Below, one piece after another: positions 45,557-59,080 of a stretch of DNA of 64,000 nucleotides (positions are counted from its first letter, which is position 1; each line of letters opens with the position of its first letter). Both the position numbers and the translations under genes were made by a program. The stretch lies in assembly GCF_009914755.1 (NCBI RefSeq), contig NC_060929.1. One strand, 5' to 3'. The DNA is from the human T2T-CHM13v2.0 reference genome, Homo sapiens. The notes beneath the pieces are model-generated. The model saw only the letters and a list, made by a program, of their open reading frames with translations. It was not told where the DNA came from and ran no database searches.

Positions 45557-46295
45557 CTAACTGACACTTGCATCTATTGAGCAGTAGGGGGATATCTGGG
45601 AGACCACATTCTCAAGCCTTGAGCCTGAAACTAATGAAACTCTTCCAGAACTAAACCCACTTAGGTCCTCCCTTATTCTGACACAGAATGAGGGTTTGAG
45701 ATTTGTTCCCCATCACCAGTTTTTGACTTGTGTCCTGAGAAGGTGGAAAAATCAGAAAACTAGAGAGTAGGACAAACAGAATTAGCCAATGCCTGAGAAG
45801 GAAGCAGAAAACAAAATGTTAAAAGTGAAGGAATTAAGTATAGGTGACTTGATGTTTCACATAGGGGAGAGTTTAAAATTAATATGTCTTATTGAACTAA
45901 TTAAAAGTTGTTACCACAACTCAAAGTCACTCTGATTTTCTTGGGTGATAAAATTGTAAATGGATTATTTGATTCATGCAGGAGAATTTTTTGATATATA
46001 AATTCATTATTTGAAAATTTGAATGGCTTTTCTCTATTTCATGTCACATTGATAAAGCATGTTATAAAATAAAGGTCTCAGATTTTTATTTTTCAAGTAA
46101 AATAAAAATATATAGGATATTTTTCAAGCAGAGCATGCATGCATATGTGGAATACAAATAAACAAGTGAACAAGCAAAATCCCAGGAATTAAACCAACAT
46201 TTATTTACTGACTATAGATGTCTTTAGTATTTAACTTCATATCAGAAAGAGACTTGAGATTAAACATTTCACATGAGATCGTTTGCTTTTCTCTC

Positions 46296-46526
46296 AGTAT
46301 GATTTAGCCTAGGCTAAATTGTACAGTGATGACTATCAAATCCAACATTCTCTGAGGCTCTTAAAAAACAAAGGTTTAGTTTTTACTTATAGTACTTATT
46401 TGTCACTATCTTCACTGTGAGCTCCAGGCTAGTGGAAAGGGAGCTCTATCTAAATCATCAGTTTTCTATAATTCCTGAAGTGGGGGTCAGAACATATTTT
46501 GAATAATAACAATGCAGTGTATCACA
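46296..46526 (-). mobile_element. old MLT1 (J/K-like) LTR fragment
   Basis: AAAACAAAGGTTTAGTTTTTACTTAT...CTCCAGGCT...GTATCACA. Confidence 0.45.
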
Positions 46527-46741
46527 GTTCAACTATATTATGAGAGGGCAAGGTAATTATTCCAAATAGTCCTATGTTGCTCTATGATAACTTGCACAAA
46601 ATAAACAGTGAATAGGCATTTTTTGACTAAAGGTTCAGATCAAAATAATTATCATTCTGTGAAACTTTCGTTTTAGTAAAAGGGTTGCACAACTGATAGG
46701 GGACAGGAAGGAAATTATTGTTTTTCAAAAAAATAAATTTA

Positions 46742-47236
46742 ATACCAAAGGCTATAAATCATGCTGCTATAAAGACACATGCACACGTTGTTTATTGCGG
46801 CATTATTCACAATAGCAAAGACTTGGAACCAACCCAAATGTCCAACAATGATAGACTGGATTAAGAAAATGTGGCACATATACACCATGGAATACTATGC
46901 AGCCATAAAAAATGATGAGTTCACGTCCTTTGTAGGGACATGGATGAAATTGGAAATCATCATTCTCAGTAAACTATCGCAAGAACAAAAAACCAAACAC
47001 CGCATATTCTCACTCATAGGTGGGAATTGAACAATGAGATCACATGGACACAGGAAGGGGAATATCACACTCTGGGGACTGTTGTGGGGTGGGGGGAGGG
47101 GGGAGGGATAGCATTGGGAGATATACCTAATGCTAGATGACGAGTTAGTGGGTGCAGCGCACCAGCACGGCACATGTATACATATGTAACTAACCTGCAC
47201 AATGTGCACATGTACCCTAAAACTTAAAGTATAATA
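46742..47236 (+). mobile_element. L1PA2 5'-truncated insertion (~0.5 kb)
   Basis: Near-consensus young 3' end: AATGAGATCACATGG, GAATATCACAC, GATGACGAGTTAG (GAG, not the L1HS ACA/ACG), AACTTAAAGT; TSD AAAAAAATAAATT at 46727-46739 and 47237-47249. Confidence 0.92.
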
Positions 47237-47559
47237 AAAAAAATAAATTAAAAAAAAGAAAGGCATCACTATACTTTTGCATTTTTACATTTAAGTAGCT
47301 TTTTTTAGACTATAGATGGAATTAAAATTTTTATTTTTATGTACTTATTTTGTAATATCTTAGTGCAGACCTTTTATTCAGATACCCCTCCAACTCCAGA
47401 ATAGCAAGCAGCAACGTATTATTAAAGAAATTACTGGTTAAGTCCAGAATATAAATTACTTATTATTATGATTAGGAGAGAGGTAATTTATGAGAGTAAA
47501 ATTTCAGACCAAAATCTGTGTCTCTAATCTTGATAGAACAATTGACTATTTTTACAATA

Positions 47560-47620
47560 AGCAAATTCGATATCTATTTCATAAATAGCAAATTCGTTAT
47601 CTATTTCATAAATAGCAAAT
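47560..47620 (+). repeat. 27-bp tandem duplication (2.3 copies)
   Basis: AGCAAATTCG(A/T)TATCTATTTCATAAAT twice, then AGCAAAT. Confidence 0.93.
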
Positions 47621-48123
47621 AAATGGACAACCTCAGAATATCATTTTAATGAGTGCGACTTTCCTGACTGTAACCACACATTCAGTATTCACTGAAGCTT
47701 CCTGTGTAGGATGAGAGTCAGGAAAACTTAAAAAGCACTTAAAAACCATAGCAGACAATGGAAAGTATAAAGGCCATTTAGGTTTCAGAAAGAGAAGCAT
47801 AACAATATGCCTTCAAAAGATTCTCAAAAGGCACCAGCTTAGGATTCCGCTCATGGAGTTAAGGCCAAGCATTAAAAAGTAAATGTATCAGAAGCAGCAG
47901 AAAAGTCATCCCTTTAAGAAAATCTGAAGGTTTCATAAATATATTTCAGCTTTATTTAAAAAAAAAAAAAACATGGTAATCTGCTTTGATTTAATGTTAT
48001 TCACAAGAGCAAGAAAAAATTCTCTTGTGAAGGTTAGGACTCCAGAAATACTTTATATCATTATTTTCTCTGCTCATTTGGCTTCAGTGCCAAATACCCA
48101 GTAGAAACTCAATAAATTTAAAT

Positions 48124-48157
48124 TGATGATGATGATGACGATGATGATCATGATGAT
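48124..48157. repeat. (GAT)n microsatellite
   Basis: Directly visible. Confidence 0.9.
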
Positions 48158-49439
48158 AACTGCTCTGAGACACTCATACACATACACGGAGGTTGAAAAA
48201 TCAGTTATTAGGTCCATGTGCACTTTAACTTTGAATCTGTCTTTCTAAATAATTTGAAATCAGATTTATTTTCTTTTGTGTCTGCTATATTTTGATGAGA
48301 AGTGAAGAAATTGCAGGCACAGACTTTTTATTGATGAAGAATTTATTTATTAGGCTCATTCACTGGGCAGGTGAGTGAGCTATCTTTTTTGATCTCGCCC
48401 ACTGAATTCTGGGGCAATGAGCCCTTGTACAACTGCAAACTCAATTACAGCCTGAATTAATATTTTACACATTAAATTTCATAAGTTATACTTAGTTGAA
48501 CAGAGTAACTAAATTAAAATATGATTTATAATTAAATCCTTATCAATCACCCTAAAAGTGCAACCAATCTGTATATTTGGCTCCCAGTTCTCATTTAAAA
48601 TTGTGAAATGACTTGTCAGGTAATAAGAGTAATCAGTTTTAGGCAAGAGAAAATTGCTTGCTGTAATACAGTCCCATTTGTAATTGATCAGCAATGGCAC
48701 AATGATTTATCATTCATGAGATGTATACCACATCAGAAAGCTTAACTTACACAGTGAAGCATTCAGTCTCAAATGTGAAAATATTTTACAACCGGGACAG
48801 GTCTATACTCTGTATGTTTCATGTTTTCTACCTCTTAGAAAATTTGACTGGACTGACTTCCTGTTATATATAATTCATAGTATTACAATTAAAATTTATA
48901 TTAGATACAAACATATGTGCAGCTTTATTGTTGCTCTTATAAAAATACTTTCAAACCATTAATAATGTGAAATGTGTCAACACTGGCTACATTGGAGAAG
49001 GATTACTTTTATACATTTACTTTTTATTAACAGAAAAATGCAGTTAATTTTATCTATTTGTCTCTGACTATGAAATACTCATGAGTTATCAGAATTTCTA
49101 ATAGAAGATTATATATTTTATGTTTATTGGCATAAATTGTTTAATATCACACATGGAAAATAATGACGTAAAGGCTCAAATTTGAAATGGGCTTCTATAT
49201 GAAGAATCAAGAAACATATCGCCACATGGCTAGTGCTCTGTAAGTACAAGGCCCAGGGAAGACAGAAAATGAGAGAATGGTGAAACATGATTAAGAGAAG
49301 GAGACAGAGAGTTGTATCACAATAAACACAAGACTGAGTGTTGGTACATTTTCAGGTTTTTTGTTTGCTTTGCTTTAAGTTATAGAAAGAAGAGGGAGAA
49401 GGAACATGTTATACATCACAAGCTAGAGTTATATCCTAG

Positions 49440-49570
49440 AGCACTGGTTTAGGTTTAGTGAAATTACTTGTGCTCTTGAATCCTTCATTTCTTCATCTGT
49501 AAATCTGAATAATAGTAATTGACTTGCCCAAAAGTCTTGAGGCCCATCAAAATAGTAAATGTGAAAGAAA
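49440..49570 (+). mobile_element. MIR relic
   Basis: Core CTTCATTTCTTCATCTGTAAATCTGAATAATAGTAA. Confidence 0.6.
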
Positions 49571-50010
49571 TTATCTTAATAATTTAGCTCCATTGGAACA
49601 TGTTATTATTGTAACTTTATATATTAAATGTTTTTTGTTTGTTAAGTTTTGCATAGGCATACAACACATTTATTTCTTCAGCACAATGAACAAAATTCAC
49701 AATGATTAGATGACTTCAGTGATGACAAGTCTTGCAATGATGATATTATAACAAAGCAATTTTATTTAAACTGTAGGTCATAAAGATTCAATGGGGCAAT
49801 TTTTACTAAAATTACTAGTAAATAGGAAGTTAGGAATGATTTCAGTTAATCTTTTCATTTTAAGGTTATGGAATTTTTATCTTATTGGTAAATCAGCACA
49901 TATATTTATGTATAAATCATTATCATTTTTTATCCATGAGAAAAAGCTACCTAGCTTTATATATCTATATGTAATAGTTAAAATATCCTTGTTTTTACTA
50001 CTTTATTTAG

Positions 50011-50060
50011 GAGGTGACCGTGTTAACCCTCTTAAGTTAGATTGCAACATATAGAATTCT
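50011..50060 (+). other. candidate 50-nt non-coding internal exon
   Basis: Acceptor CCTTGTTTTTACTACTTTATTTAG|GAG and donor TCT|GTAAGT; stop codons in all three frames; no transcript evidence available. Confidence 0.3.
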
Positions 50061-51198
50061 GTAAGTCAGATTTTGAAAAGTTACTAAGTTATCATGGTTG
50101 TAGATTACCTTACTGAGTGTATCTCAAGTTCTAAAATTTAAAAAAGAGTACATATGAGAAAACTTTAAACTTTTTATTACAATAAATAACCAAATATTTT
50201 ATTATTTTATAAAATATATTTAGATATTTTATCTGACCACTTAACTATAGGAAGCAGAAAAATGTATGTATTTATAATTATTTTCAGTTTAATGTGGCTT
50301 CAAAAATAAATAAAAGAATTTATACCTGATCACAATTATTGCAGTGGCCTCTTCTGTCTGATACGTTCTTTAAGAATAGAACACAGTAAGTTTCTTTATT
50401 CTAAATCTGAAACTGAGGTTTCCATCACGCTAATTTGTAATCAAATATAATAGTTCACAGGAAAATTAGAGGTCAGTTTATATTAAACAGCATAAACCCA
50501 AGCTGGCTAACTTAATAAAGCATGATGGGATGATCATTATCTAAGTGGGGGGCTGACTTAAAATACCCTATACCTATAGAATGCCATTCATTAAAAATTG
50601 ACTCAAGATTTATACCTGTAGGTAATAATTCAATATCAGTGGAAATCAGGGCATGTGCCTCAGCAGCAGAAATTAACCTGCAAGAAAATGGTCGTGTTTT
50701 GGTGCTGGGTGGGAGACTTTTCTCTAATAAAGATCTGCGAGTATAACATTTGGTGAAATCCCCAAATTGTTCTTTTACTTATATACAAATGATGTTAAAA
50801 TATAAATCATAACAAAAACAAGCTTCCTTTGATTGCACTAAAATCTATATTCATTTTATGTGATATAATGAATACAAGTTATAGTACTAAACCTCAGAGC
50901 AAAAAGCCAGAAAATATATTAAAAAGCTCGCTCTTAGAGGAAAAGTCTAATCAGATACTACTTAGAAATCTCAATGACGAAGGCTTTACCATGTTGATTT
51001 CAAATAATACCACATGAAAAAAAGTATGTTGTATTCCGAAAGTAAATATATTTATGTGTTATATCACATTAACTATACAAAACAAATGGAAGGATCTAAA
51101 TTTACAGTATCAGAGATCCACAGTTTAGAAAGTAGAACTTCATTCACCACTCTGAATCATTTCTCTTGTGTAAGTAATGTAAAAACAAAGGTAATCAC

Positions 51199-51552
<354 letters not shown>

Positions 51553-51822
51553 TCAAAATAAATTCATTGGATTAATGAGTGAAAAAGTCATAGTGCATTT
51601 GATCCTAAAAGGAAATGGGCATAAATAAATCTAATTACAAGAGGTCAATATCATATATGTCACTGTGAAATATTGTATTATTCAAGATACTAAGTGCAGT
51701 TAAGAATAGCTTTTCCCCCGTTCTCACCTAATGTCAGTATTTGGAAACAAAGCAAAACAAAATTCATTCTCTCAATCAAGGATTTATCTATTTCAGCAGG
51801 ACTGTAATTTCCCAGTTGGCTA

Positions 51823-52127
51823 TTTTTTTCTTTCTTTCTTTTTTTGAGACGGATTCTCGCTCTGTCGCCCAGGCTGGAGTGCAGTGGCGCGATCTCGGCT
51901 CACTGCAGGCTCCGCCCCCCGGGGTTCACGCCATTCTCCTGCCTCAGCCTCCCGAGTAGCTGGGACTACAGGCGCCCACCACCACGCCGGGCTAGTTTTT
52001 TGTATTTTTAGTAGAGACGGGGTTTCACCGTGTTAGTCGGGATGGTCTTGATCTCCTGACCTCGTGATCCGCCCGCCTCGGCCTCCCAAAGTGCTGGGAT
52101 TACAGGCGTGAGCCACCGCGCCCGGCC
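51823..52127 (-). mobile_element. AluY (Ye-like GAACCCCGGGGGGCGGAGCC), CpG-rich
   Basis: Full dimer; TSD TCC(CA/AG)GTTGGCT at 51810-51821 and 52128-52139. Confidence 0.96.
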
Positions 52128-53017
52128 TCCAGGTTGGCTTTACATCTCATGAAACTACAAAGAACAACAGCATTAACATTCTAGACATCTAACAACACAT
52201 CACATCAAATATATGCTCAAAAGTATCCTAGACACACAGGAATGTAGAACAAGAAATAGACATTAGGAAGAAATGTTTCCTTTCACTTGTGAAAAATTGT
52301 ACCTATAAAATCCTGTCAAATTCTGTGTCTATACTTGACAGTGAAAATGTACTGTATATCAAACCATTTTCACTGATAATGATCATATGAATGTGGCAAG
52401 GTTTAATACTTCAAAATATCCAAAAGGCAGTGTTGTATATGTTGTGTTTCACTTATTCCAGCTATATATATATTGTATGAAAGCCTGATTGTGAAAATAT
52501 TTTTATCTATGCTAGACAGCAAAAGCATTTAGGCAAATTATATTGCTCAAGAAATCTTACAATCTTTTTCATTTTCTAATTAGTAGAGAAAAAATAATAA
52601 ATTTGGGGGATTTTTTTTTATTCAGTGGCCATTTCGTTTCATAGTGCTTATTTCTCATTTGTTTGGAAGGACATAGTTCTTTTAAAGGGCACGAGGGTGC
52701 AGAAAAACTTTTTTCTGCTTGACGAGACATTTAATACAATACAAATGTCTAATTGGTTTCACACAAGGTCAGGTGGCTTTGTCCCCACACTCGAGGACTC
52801 CTGGGAAATGAAAGGTCAACATGTAATGTCTTCAGACTTACCAAGAAAGAATTTTATTTCTTCCCCAAAGACACAAAGTCATTTTTATTATAAAAAAATA
52901 AACAAAAATGTCATCAATTAAAATGGTAATTTTTTTCATAAATTGTCAGTATTTTATTATTTTGTATTAAAATGGCAGCTTACCATGAGAGCCACTGACC
53001 GGGAGATAAAATTTGTG

Positions 53018-53019
<2 letters not shown>

Positions 53020-53057
<38 letters not shown>
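53020..53057. repeat. (TG)19 microsatellite
   Basis: Directly visible. Confidence 0.95.
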
Positions 53058-53058
<1 letters not shown>

Positions 53059-56057
53059 ATCTGTGTGCACTAAACTGAAAGTGTTTTAATTATGACAATT
53101 GCATTTTGGCATCAATTTACATAAAATAAACTTGATGCCTTCTGCATATCTTAAGCTTCATCCACGTAAAATAATTTATTCTTTTGGAGGGTCATAGAGC
53201 GCTAGTCCTGGACAAAAAGAAATAAATAGACATTATTACTTTTACCTCTTACTACTCCATTACCTCCCAAGTTCTAAAAACCTGTAACTCTCTTTTCTGT
53301 CTTCTTCTTTTATCTTAAGTCATCTCCTGATAAAATACCCTGGACCACTTCCCTCTCTCTAGGTTACATGACATGCTTTAAATTTTTAAAAATCTTCGCT
53401 TAAACAAAATTACCTTGTCCTTTGATCTCCCCATGAGAGGTCTTAGTAGTAAGTTCTAATTTGATAAATAGATTCCAAAAATATGCTTATGTAATAAATG
53501 TAAATGTATCATAGTAGTTTATTATGTTAGCTGGCTGTATATCCATTCAAAAACAGATATATGTATTGGAATGATAAAGCGTGAGTGTGTAATCTAAGAA
53601 TATTAGTCACAGTGGCTTAATTAATATTGTTTGGAAATGGAGGTTGGAGGCAAGGATTAGGCAGAAAAAAGAGAAAAAACTTCACTAGAGCTTCTATCTA
53701 TAAATCCTCCTGGGCCACCAAATGTAGAGGCTCACACACCCTGTGTACTTTATAAACTTCTATTTGAAACTAAATGATTGTCTTGATCTTACTAAATCAG
53801 TTTTTTAAAAAAATATATGTTTAGGATTTTAATTCTACTACTGTTCATACATAGTTACTAGTTATTGTCAAATTGCTTCATTTAGCACTTATGATTTATG
53901 CTTTAAAATATTATTTGTTTAAGATATATCAGACATATAAAGGAGGTGCTTAGGTTGAAATTTGTTTATTTGTTCACCACATTCATTAAGAGATACTTCA
54001 TGGATTTACAGTATGTGTCGTTCCAGAGAGCCATACATCTAGTTATTAATTATTGGGGAAACTTTAGTCTGTGATCCTCTGCTAAAAATAAAATGGAATA
54101 TTGATATGTGGCAACAACTTCTAACATTTCTTCAGGCGGTATTTTTAAACACTAGGTGAGAGTTACTAAGAATCAGAAAAGTGGTTGAATAGCATAGAAG
54201 CAGATTGGAGAGCCATTTGTGCCATAAAACAACAGGATTTGGTGTCTCTAAAGATGTAAGAAGGAGAGAAATAGAAAAATTGATGAAGGCTTTGAATAGC
54301 TACATCTGGCAATAAAAGAAAGTGAAAAAATATAACAAGAGAGTAATAGGTTGTGGTGAGGGAAACAAAGAAGCTGTTGAAGTAGATTTGAGATCAGATC
54401 TGTCATGGGCTTTTAAGAAATCTATAGTCAGGTGTTGAGATGTAGGACTTTTTTGCATAGGGCATTTCCCAAGGAAGTTGGAAGAGTAAGAAGCCACAAA
54501 GTATTGGAAAGGAATTTTGAGCCCACTAAAATTTAAATTCCATAGCAGGATGGTAGTAAAAAACAGAACAAACTTAGAATAAATCCTAGAAAGGCAAAAT
54601 AAACAAGACAAGAGAAGAGAGAATTTAAAGAAAGAAGGATCTCAACACTGAGTAATTAATATATTACAGGCTCAGTGAATTAACATTCAATTAAGAATGA
54701 TGAAATTGACCCTGATAAACAGTGCTATGGCATGGTCAAATGATATCATAAAAATTAATGCTAGAACATGGTTAAATAGAATGTAGGTTAAAGGCAAAAC
54801 AAACTAAAACAAAACATTTTACCTGAGAGCAAATGTCAGACTTAAATAGGATTCACAGAGAAGCTGAAAAATTTTAATACCAGCAATAGAGAAACCTCCT
54901 TTAAAAAGCTGGATTGAGAAGGAAACAAGAAAGTATAAAGCTACAATGCTTCTTGAGTCACACAATTATTCAATCTCCGACCACCCTGAGTGCCACTGTT
55001 TGTTTCTAACCACTAGAATATGGCAGGGTGGGTGGAGCAAGATGGAAGAATAGAAGCTTACATCATTTGTTCCCGCTGCCACTAGAACACCAAATTTTAA
55101 CAACCATCTGCACACAGAAAAGCAGAATCATCAGAACCAAAAATCAGGTGAGCAATCATAGTACCTTGTTTTAGCTTCATATATTAAAAGAGTCATTGAA
55201 AAGAGTAAGACAGACAGTTAAGACTCACTGATGCCATGCCTCTCTCATCCCCCAGCAGCAGCCCTGATACATAGAGAATCTGTGCACTTTAGAGAGAGAG
55301 ACTTTGTATTGAACTCAGCAGTGCCCTATCACAACAGAATAAATCCATGTTGTGCTCAGCCAGCGCCCACACATGGAGGGAGCATTTTTGACCAGCCCTA
55401 GCCAGAGAGGATTCATCCATTTTATCAGTGGGAACTTGAGGTTCTTGGCAGGCCCTGCCACTGTGGACTGAAGTGTTCTGGGCTCCTAGGTAAACTTGAA
55501 AGCCAGTCTAGGACACAAGGACTGCAATTCCTAGGCAACTCCAAGTGCTAGGCTGGGCTTAGAGCCAGTGGACTAGGGTGGCATGTGACCTATGGAGACA
55601 CCAGCTGTGGGGCTAAAGGAGTGCTTGCATTATGCTTCTTCCAACCTCAGGCACTTCAGCTTGCATCAAAGAGACTGACTCCTTCTTTCTGCTTAAGGAG
55701 AGGAGAATGAAGGGTAAAGAGGACTTTGTTTTGCATCATGGATACCAGCTCAGCCACAGTAGGATAGGGCACCAGGCAGAGTAATGAGGCTACCATTCCA
55801 GTTTGTAGCTCCAGGATGACATTCCTAGACACAGCCTGTGTCAAAAGGGACCCCACTACCTTGAAAGGAAGGATCCAGTACTGGCAGGATATTACCTGCT
55901 GACTAAAGAACCCTTGGGCCCTGAATAACCAGCAGCAATACCTAGGGGATATGCCATGGTCCTTGGGCTATGAGATGCACTGGCTTCAGAGGTGACCCAG
56001 AACATTCCCAGCTGTGGAGGATATGGTGAAAGACTCCCTATATTAAAGAAAAGCAGG

Positions 56058-56585
<528 letters not shown>

Positions 56586-58017
56586 TCAGCGGTAGCCTAG
56601 CAGAACTCCCCATGGGTTGTTGTTGGTGGTGGCCACAAGGAGAGGCTCCTCTGCCTGTGGAAAGGGGAAAAAATAACAAGACTGGCTTTGCATTGTGGTT
56701 TGAGTGCCAGATTAGCCCCAGTAAAATAGAATATCAGATAAATTGCTAAGTTGCTTTCTTTTTACTTTAATTCCTGGCTGCCAGATAGCATGGCTGGATA
56801 TCCCTGGGTCCTGGGGGAGCTTGCCATTCTAAAGGAAAGGGCCTTAGGCAAGGCATAGTGCTGTGCTAGATTCAGGGCTGACTCAGCAGTCTCAGTGGTG
56901 GTAGCCACACGTGTGCTCGCATCACCACATCTCCAGTGCCAGGTGGTTCAGCACAGAAAGAGAGACTCCATATCTTTAAGAGCAAGGAAGATAAAAGAAT
57001 TAGAGTCTCTGCCTGGTAATCCATGGAATGCTTCTAGATTATATCTAAGACCACCAAGGTGGTACCTCTACAAGTCTACAAAAACCACATCATTATTGGA
57101 CTTTGAGCCTAAGTCTCTTTGAATACCTGGAAAGCCTTCCTAAGGAGGACAGGCACAAATAAGCCCAGGATGTAAAGACCAGATATTGATGAACATCTAC
57201 AAGCATCAACACTATCCAGTAAAACATGACCTCACCAAATGAACTAAATAAGGCATCAGAGACCAAATACTGGAGAAACAGAGATATATAACATTTCAAA
57301 CACAGAATTCACAATAGCTGTTTTGATGAAACTCAAATAAATTCAAGATAACACAGAGAAGTAATTCAGAATTCCATTAGATACATTTAACAAACATGTT
57401 GAAATAACCAAAAAAAAATCAAACAGAAATTCTGAAGTTCAAAAATGCAAGTGACACGCTGAAGAATGAATTGGAGTATTTTAACAGCAGAACTGATCAA
57501 GAAGAAGAAATAATTAGTGAGCTTGGAGACAGGCTATTTGAAAATACACTATCAGAGGAGACAAAGAAAGAATAAAAAAATGAAGCATGCCTACAGGATC
57601 TATAAAATAACTTCAAAAGGGCAAATCTAAGAATTACTGACCTTAAAAAGGAGATAGAGAAAAAGACAGGGTTAGAAAGTTTATTCAAAAGATAATAACG
57701 GAGAACTTTCCAAACCTAGAGAAAGATACCAATATCAAAGCACAAAAAGGTTACAGAACACCCAGCAGATGTACCCTAAATAAGGCTACCTCAAGGCATT
57801 TAATAATCAATTCCCAAAGGCCAGAGATGAAGAAAATATCCTAAAGTCAGCAAAAGAAAAAAAATAACATAAAATGGAGCTCCAGTACACCTAGGCAGCA
57901 GACTTTTTAGTGAAAACCCTACAGGCCAGGAGAAAGTGGCATGACATATTTAAAGTGCAGAAGAAATAATACTTTTACCCTAGAATAGTATGTTCAGCAA
58001 AAATATTCTTCAAAGAT

Positions 58018-59080
58018 TAAAAAGCAATTGGAACAAAAGCCTAAATTGAGAAGTGAAATTTAATTAAACTGAAGAGCTTCTGCACAGCAAAAAGAACTAA
58101 CATCAGAGTGAACAAGCCACCTACAGAATGGGAGAATATTTTTGCAATCTACCCATCTGATAAAGGTCTAATATCCATAATCTACACGGAACTTAAACAT
58201 ATTTAAAAGAATAAAACAAACAACCCCATCAAAAAGTGGGCAAAGGATATGGACAGGGACTTCTCAAAAGAAGACATTTATGCAGCCAAAAAACATATGA
58301 AAAAAAGCTCAACATCAATGATCATTAAAGAAATTCAAATCAAAACCATGATGAGATACCATCTCATACCACTCAGAATGGCGATTATTAAAAAATCAAG
58401 AAACAATAGATGCTGGTGAGGATGTGGAGAAATAGGAACGCTTTTACACTGTTGGTGGGAGTGTAAATTAGTTCAACCATTGTGGAAGACAGTTTGGTGA
58501 TTCCTCAAGGATCTAGAACCAGAAATATCATTTGACCCAGCAATCTCATGACTGGCTATATACCCAAAGGATTATAAATCATTCTACTATAAAGACACAT
58601 GCACACATATGTTTATTGCAGCACTATTTACAATAACAAATACATGGAACCCACCCAAATGCTCTTCAATGATAGGCTGGATAAAGAAAATGTGGTACAC
58701 ATACACCATGGAATACTATGCAGCCATGAAAAGGAATGTGATAATGTCCTTTGCAGGGACATGGATAAAGCTGGAAGCCATCATCCTCAGCAAACTAACA
58801 CAGAAACAGAAACCAAAAACCGCATGTTTTCACTCATAAGTTGGAGTTGAATAATGATAACACATGGACACAACGAGGGTAACAACACACACTGGGGCCT
58901 CTCGGGGGGTAGGGGGCAATGGGAGGGAGAGCATTAGGACAAAGAGCTAATGCAAGTGAGGCTTAAAACCTAGATGATGGGTTGACAGGTGCAGCAAACT
59001 ATCATGACACACATGTAACTATGTAACAAACCTGCACATTCTGCATGTGTATCCTGGAACTTAAAGTAAAATTGTTTAAA
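58018..59080 (+). mobile_element. L1PA8-10-like 3' ~1.06 kb nested in the older L1
   Basis: AAATCATTCTACTATAAAGACACATGC; 3' UTR GCATTAGGACAAAGAGCTAATGC...GGCTTAAAACCTAGATG...TCCTGGAACTTAAAGTAAAA. Confidence 0.9.
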
